Of a DNA stretch of 25,769 nt, positions 24,857 to 25,769 are shown in pieces (position 1 is the first letter of the stretch; each line of letters opens with the position of its first letter). The notes beneath the pieces are model-generated. The model did no database searches. It saw nothing but the letters and a program-made list of their open reading frames with translations, and was not told where the DNA came from. A program made the position numbers and the translations under genes. This stretch comes from Paramicrosporidium saccamoebae KSL3 (lineage: Eukaryota > Fungi > Cryptomycota): the NCBI GenBank assembly GCA_002794465.1, contig MTSL01000198.1, positions 26,730 through 52,498 of the forward strand, in the 5' to 3' direction.

Positions 24857-25529
24857 ATGAGTCAGGAATAGTACGACTGGTGGCAGTGGTGTTGAATATA
24901 GCGATTACCTGTTCAAGCTTCTGCTGATTGGCGACTCGGGCGTAGGAAAGTCGTGTCTGCTGCTGCGTTTTGCCGACGACACGTACACCGAGTCCTTCAT
25001 CAGCACCATTGGAGTGGACTTTGTACTCTGTCGAAGTGAACGGACTAATGTGTAGAAAATTCGCACAATCGAGTTGGAGGGACGTACGGTCAAGTTGCAG
25101 ATTTGGGACACGGCTGGCCAGGAGCGTTTCCGGACTATCACTAGCAGCTATTACCGCGGCGCCCATGGCATCATTGTGGTGTACGATGTAACCGACGCGG
25201 ACACCTTTTCCAACGTCAAGACGTGGCTGCAAGAGATTGACCGCTACGCCTCAGAGGGAGTCAATAAGCTGTTGGTGGGTAACAAGTCAGACCTCGCCCC
25301 CAAACGTCAGGTGGAGTTTGCCACGGCAAAGGAGTTTGCTGACCGATTGGGTGTGCCGTTCCTGGAGACAAGCGCCAAAAATTCGACAAATGTGGAACAA
25401 GCCTTTCTGACAATGGCAAAGCAAATTAAGGATCGGGTGGGAGCACAGCAGCTGAGTGCCACGGCCGGCCGTGTGAATCTGCCTGCCAGCGGGACAAAGG
25501 TGGAGCAGCCCTCTGGCGGGTGTTGCTAA
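24857..25529 (+). CDS. YPT1: Rab1/Ypt1 small GTPase; join(24857..24870,24902..25022,25056..25529), 202 aa
   Basis: [83 protein letters not shown]...NKSD...ETSAK...GGCC. Exon sum 609 nt. Confidence 0.98.
24871..24901 (+). other. Spliceosomal intron 1 of Rab1, 31 nt
   Basis: gtacgactggtggcagtggtgttgaatatag; restores E-Y-DYLF; no clear YTRAY branch site. Confidence 0.88.
25023..25055 (+). other. Spliceosomal intron 2 of Rab1, 33 nt
   Basis: gtactctgtcgaagtgaacggactaatgtgtag; restores IGVDF|KIRT; in-frame TAG if retained. Confidence 0.93.
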
Positions 25530-25533
25530 GCCT

Positions 25534-25581
25534 TAGTTCTAGTTCTAGTTCTAGCTCTGGTTCTGGTTCTGGTTCTGGTCC
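25534..25581. repeat. Hexamer microsatellite (TAGTTC)3 TAGCTC (TGGTTC)3 TGGTCC in the Rab1 3' flank
   Basis: Read directly; 8 units starting 5 nt after the stop codon. Confidence 0.9.
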
Positions 25582-25745
25582 TGAACTGTTCAATAAATAT
25601 TCCCGTGATCAGCCGTCCTTCATGTGTAATTGTTTATTAGGACATTCATAATGGCTGTTTGAGATACGATAGGACAAAAACTGTGTGAAAAAGTACTTTT
25701 AACTCACGGATGCCACTTGCAATCTAAATCGCATTGTAAATTGCA

Positions 25746-25769
25746 TCACAAGTCACAAGTCACAAGTCA
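25746..25769. repeat. Heptamer repeat (TCACAAG)3+ running off the window end
   Basis: tcacaag tcacaag tcacaag tca. Confidence 0.85.

Noticed and set aside
24765-25232. 156-aa N-terminal extension of the 437-aa minus-strand ORF
   Set aside because: It is the antisense shadow of Rab1 exons and introns, with no M50B-like features; a good ATG exists at 24764.

Overview
Gene-dense eukaryotic, fungal-like DNA with 29-36 nt GT-AG introns and very short intergenic spacers. This fits a compact early-diverging fungal or rozellid/pre-microsporidian genome such as Paramicrosporidium; the taxon is an inference, not a search result. The conserved genes are an MSP1/ATAD1-related AAA+ ATPase (1 intron), RPS13 (3 introns), a Peptidase_M50B-like membrane protein and Rab1/Ypt1 (2 introns). 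An unannotated box H/ACA snoRNA at about 12340-12475 has two pockets that match LSU rRNA. The other nine protein genes are apparently intronless, carry predicted signal peptides and fall into three paralog families. (i) Two minus-strand helical proteins; one runs off the window start and is absent from the ORF track. (ii) A five-gene tandem array built from nine copies of an unrecognised ~130-aa domain plus variable repeat linkers; one member has a single in-frame TAA. (iii) Two tandem ~1100-aa proteins combining a signal peptide, a Cys-paired helical region and a divergent C-terminal HECT E3 ubiquitin-ligase domain with the catalytic-position Cys kept. The secreted HECT pair within a putative effector island is the most interesting signal. 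All family assignments come from manual motif reading; no database search was run.
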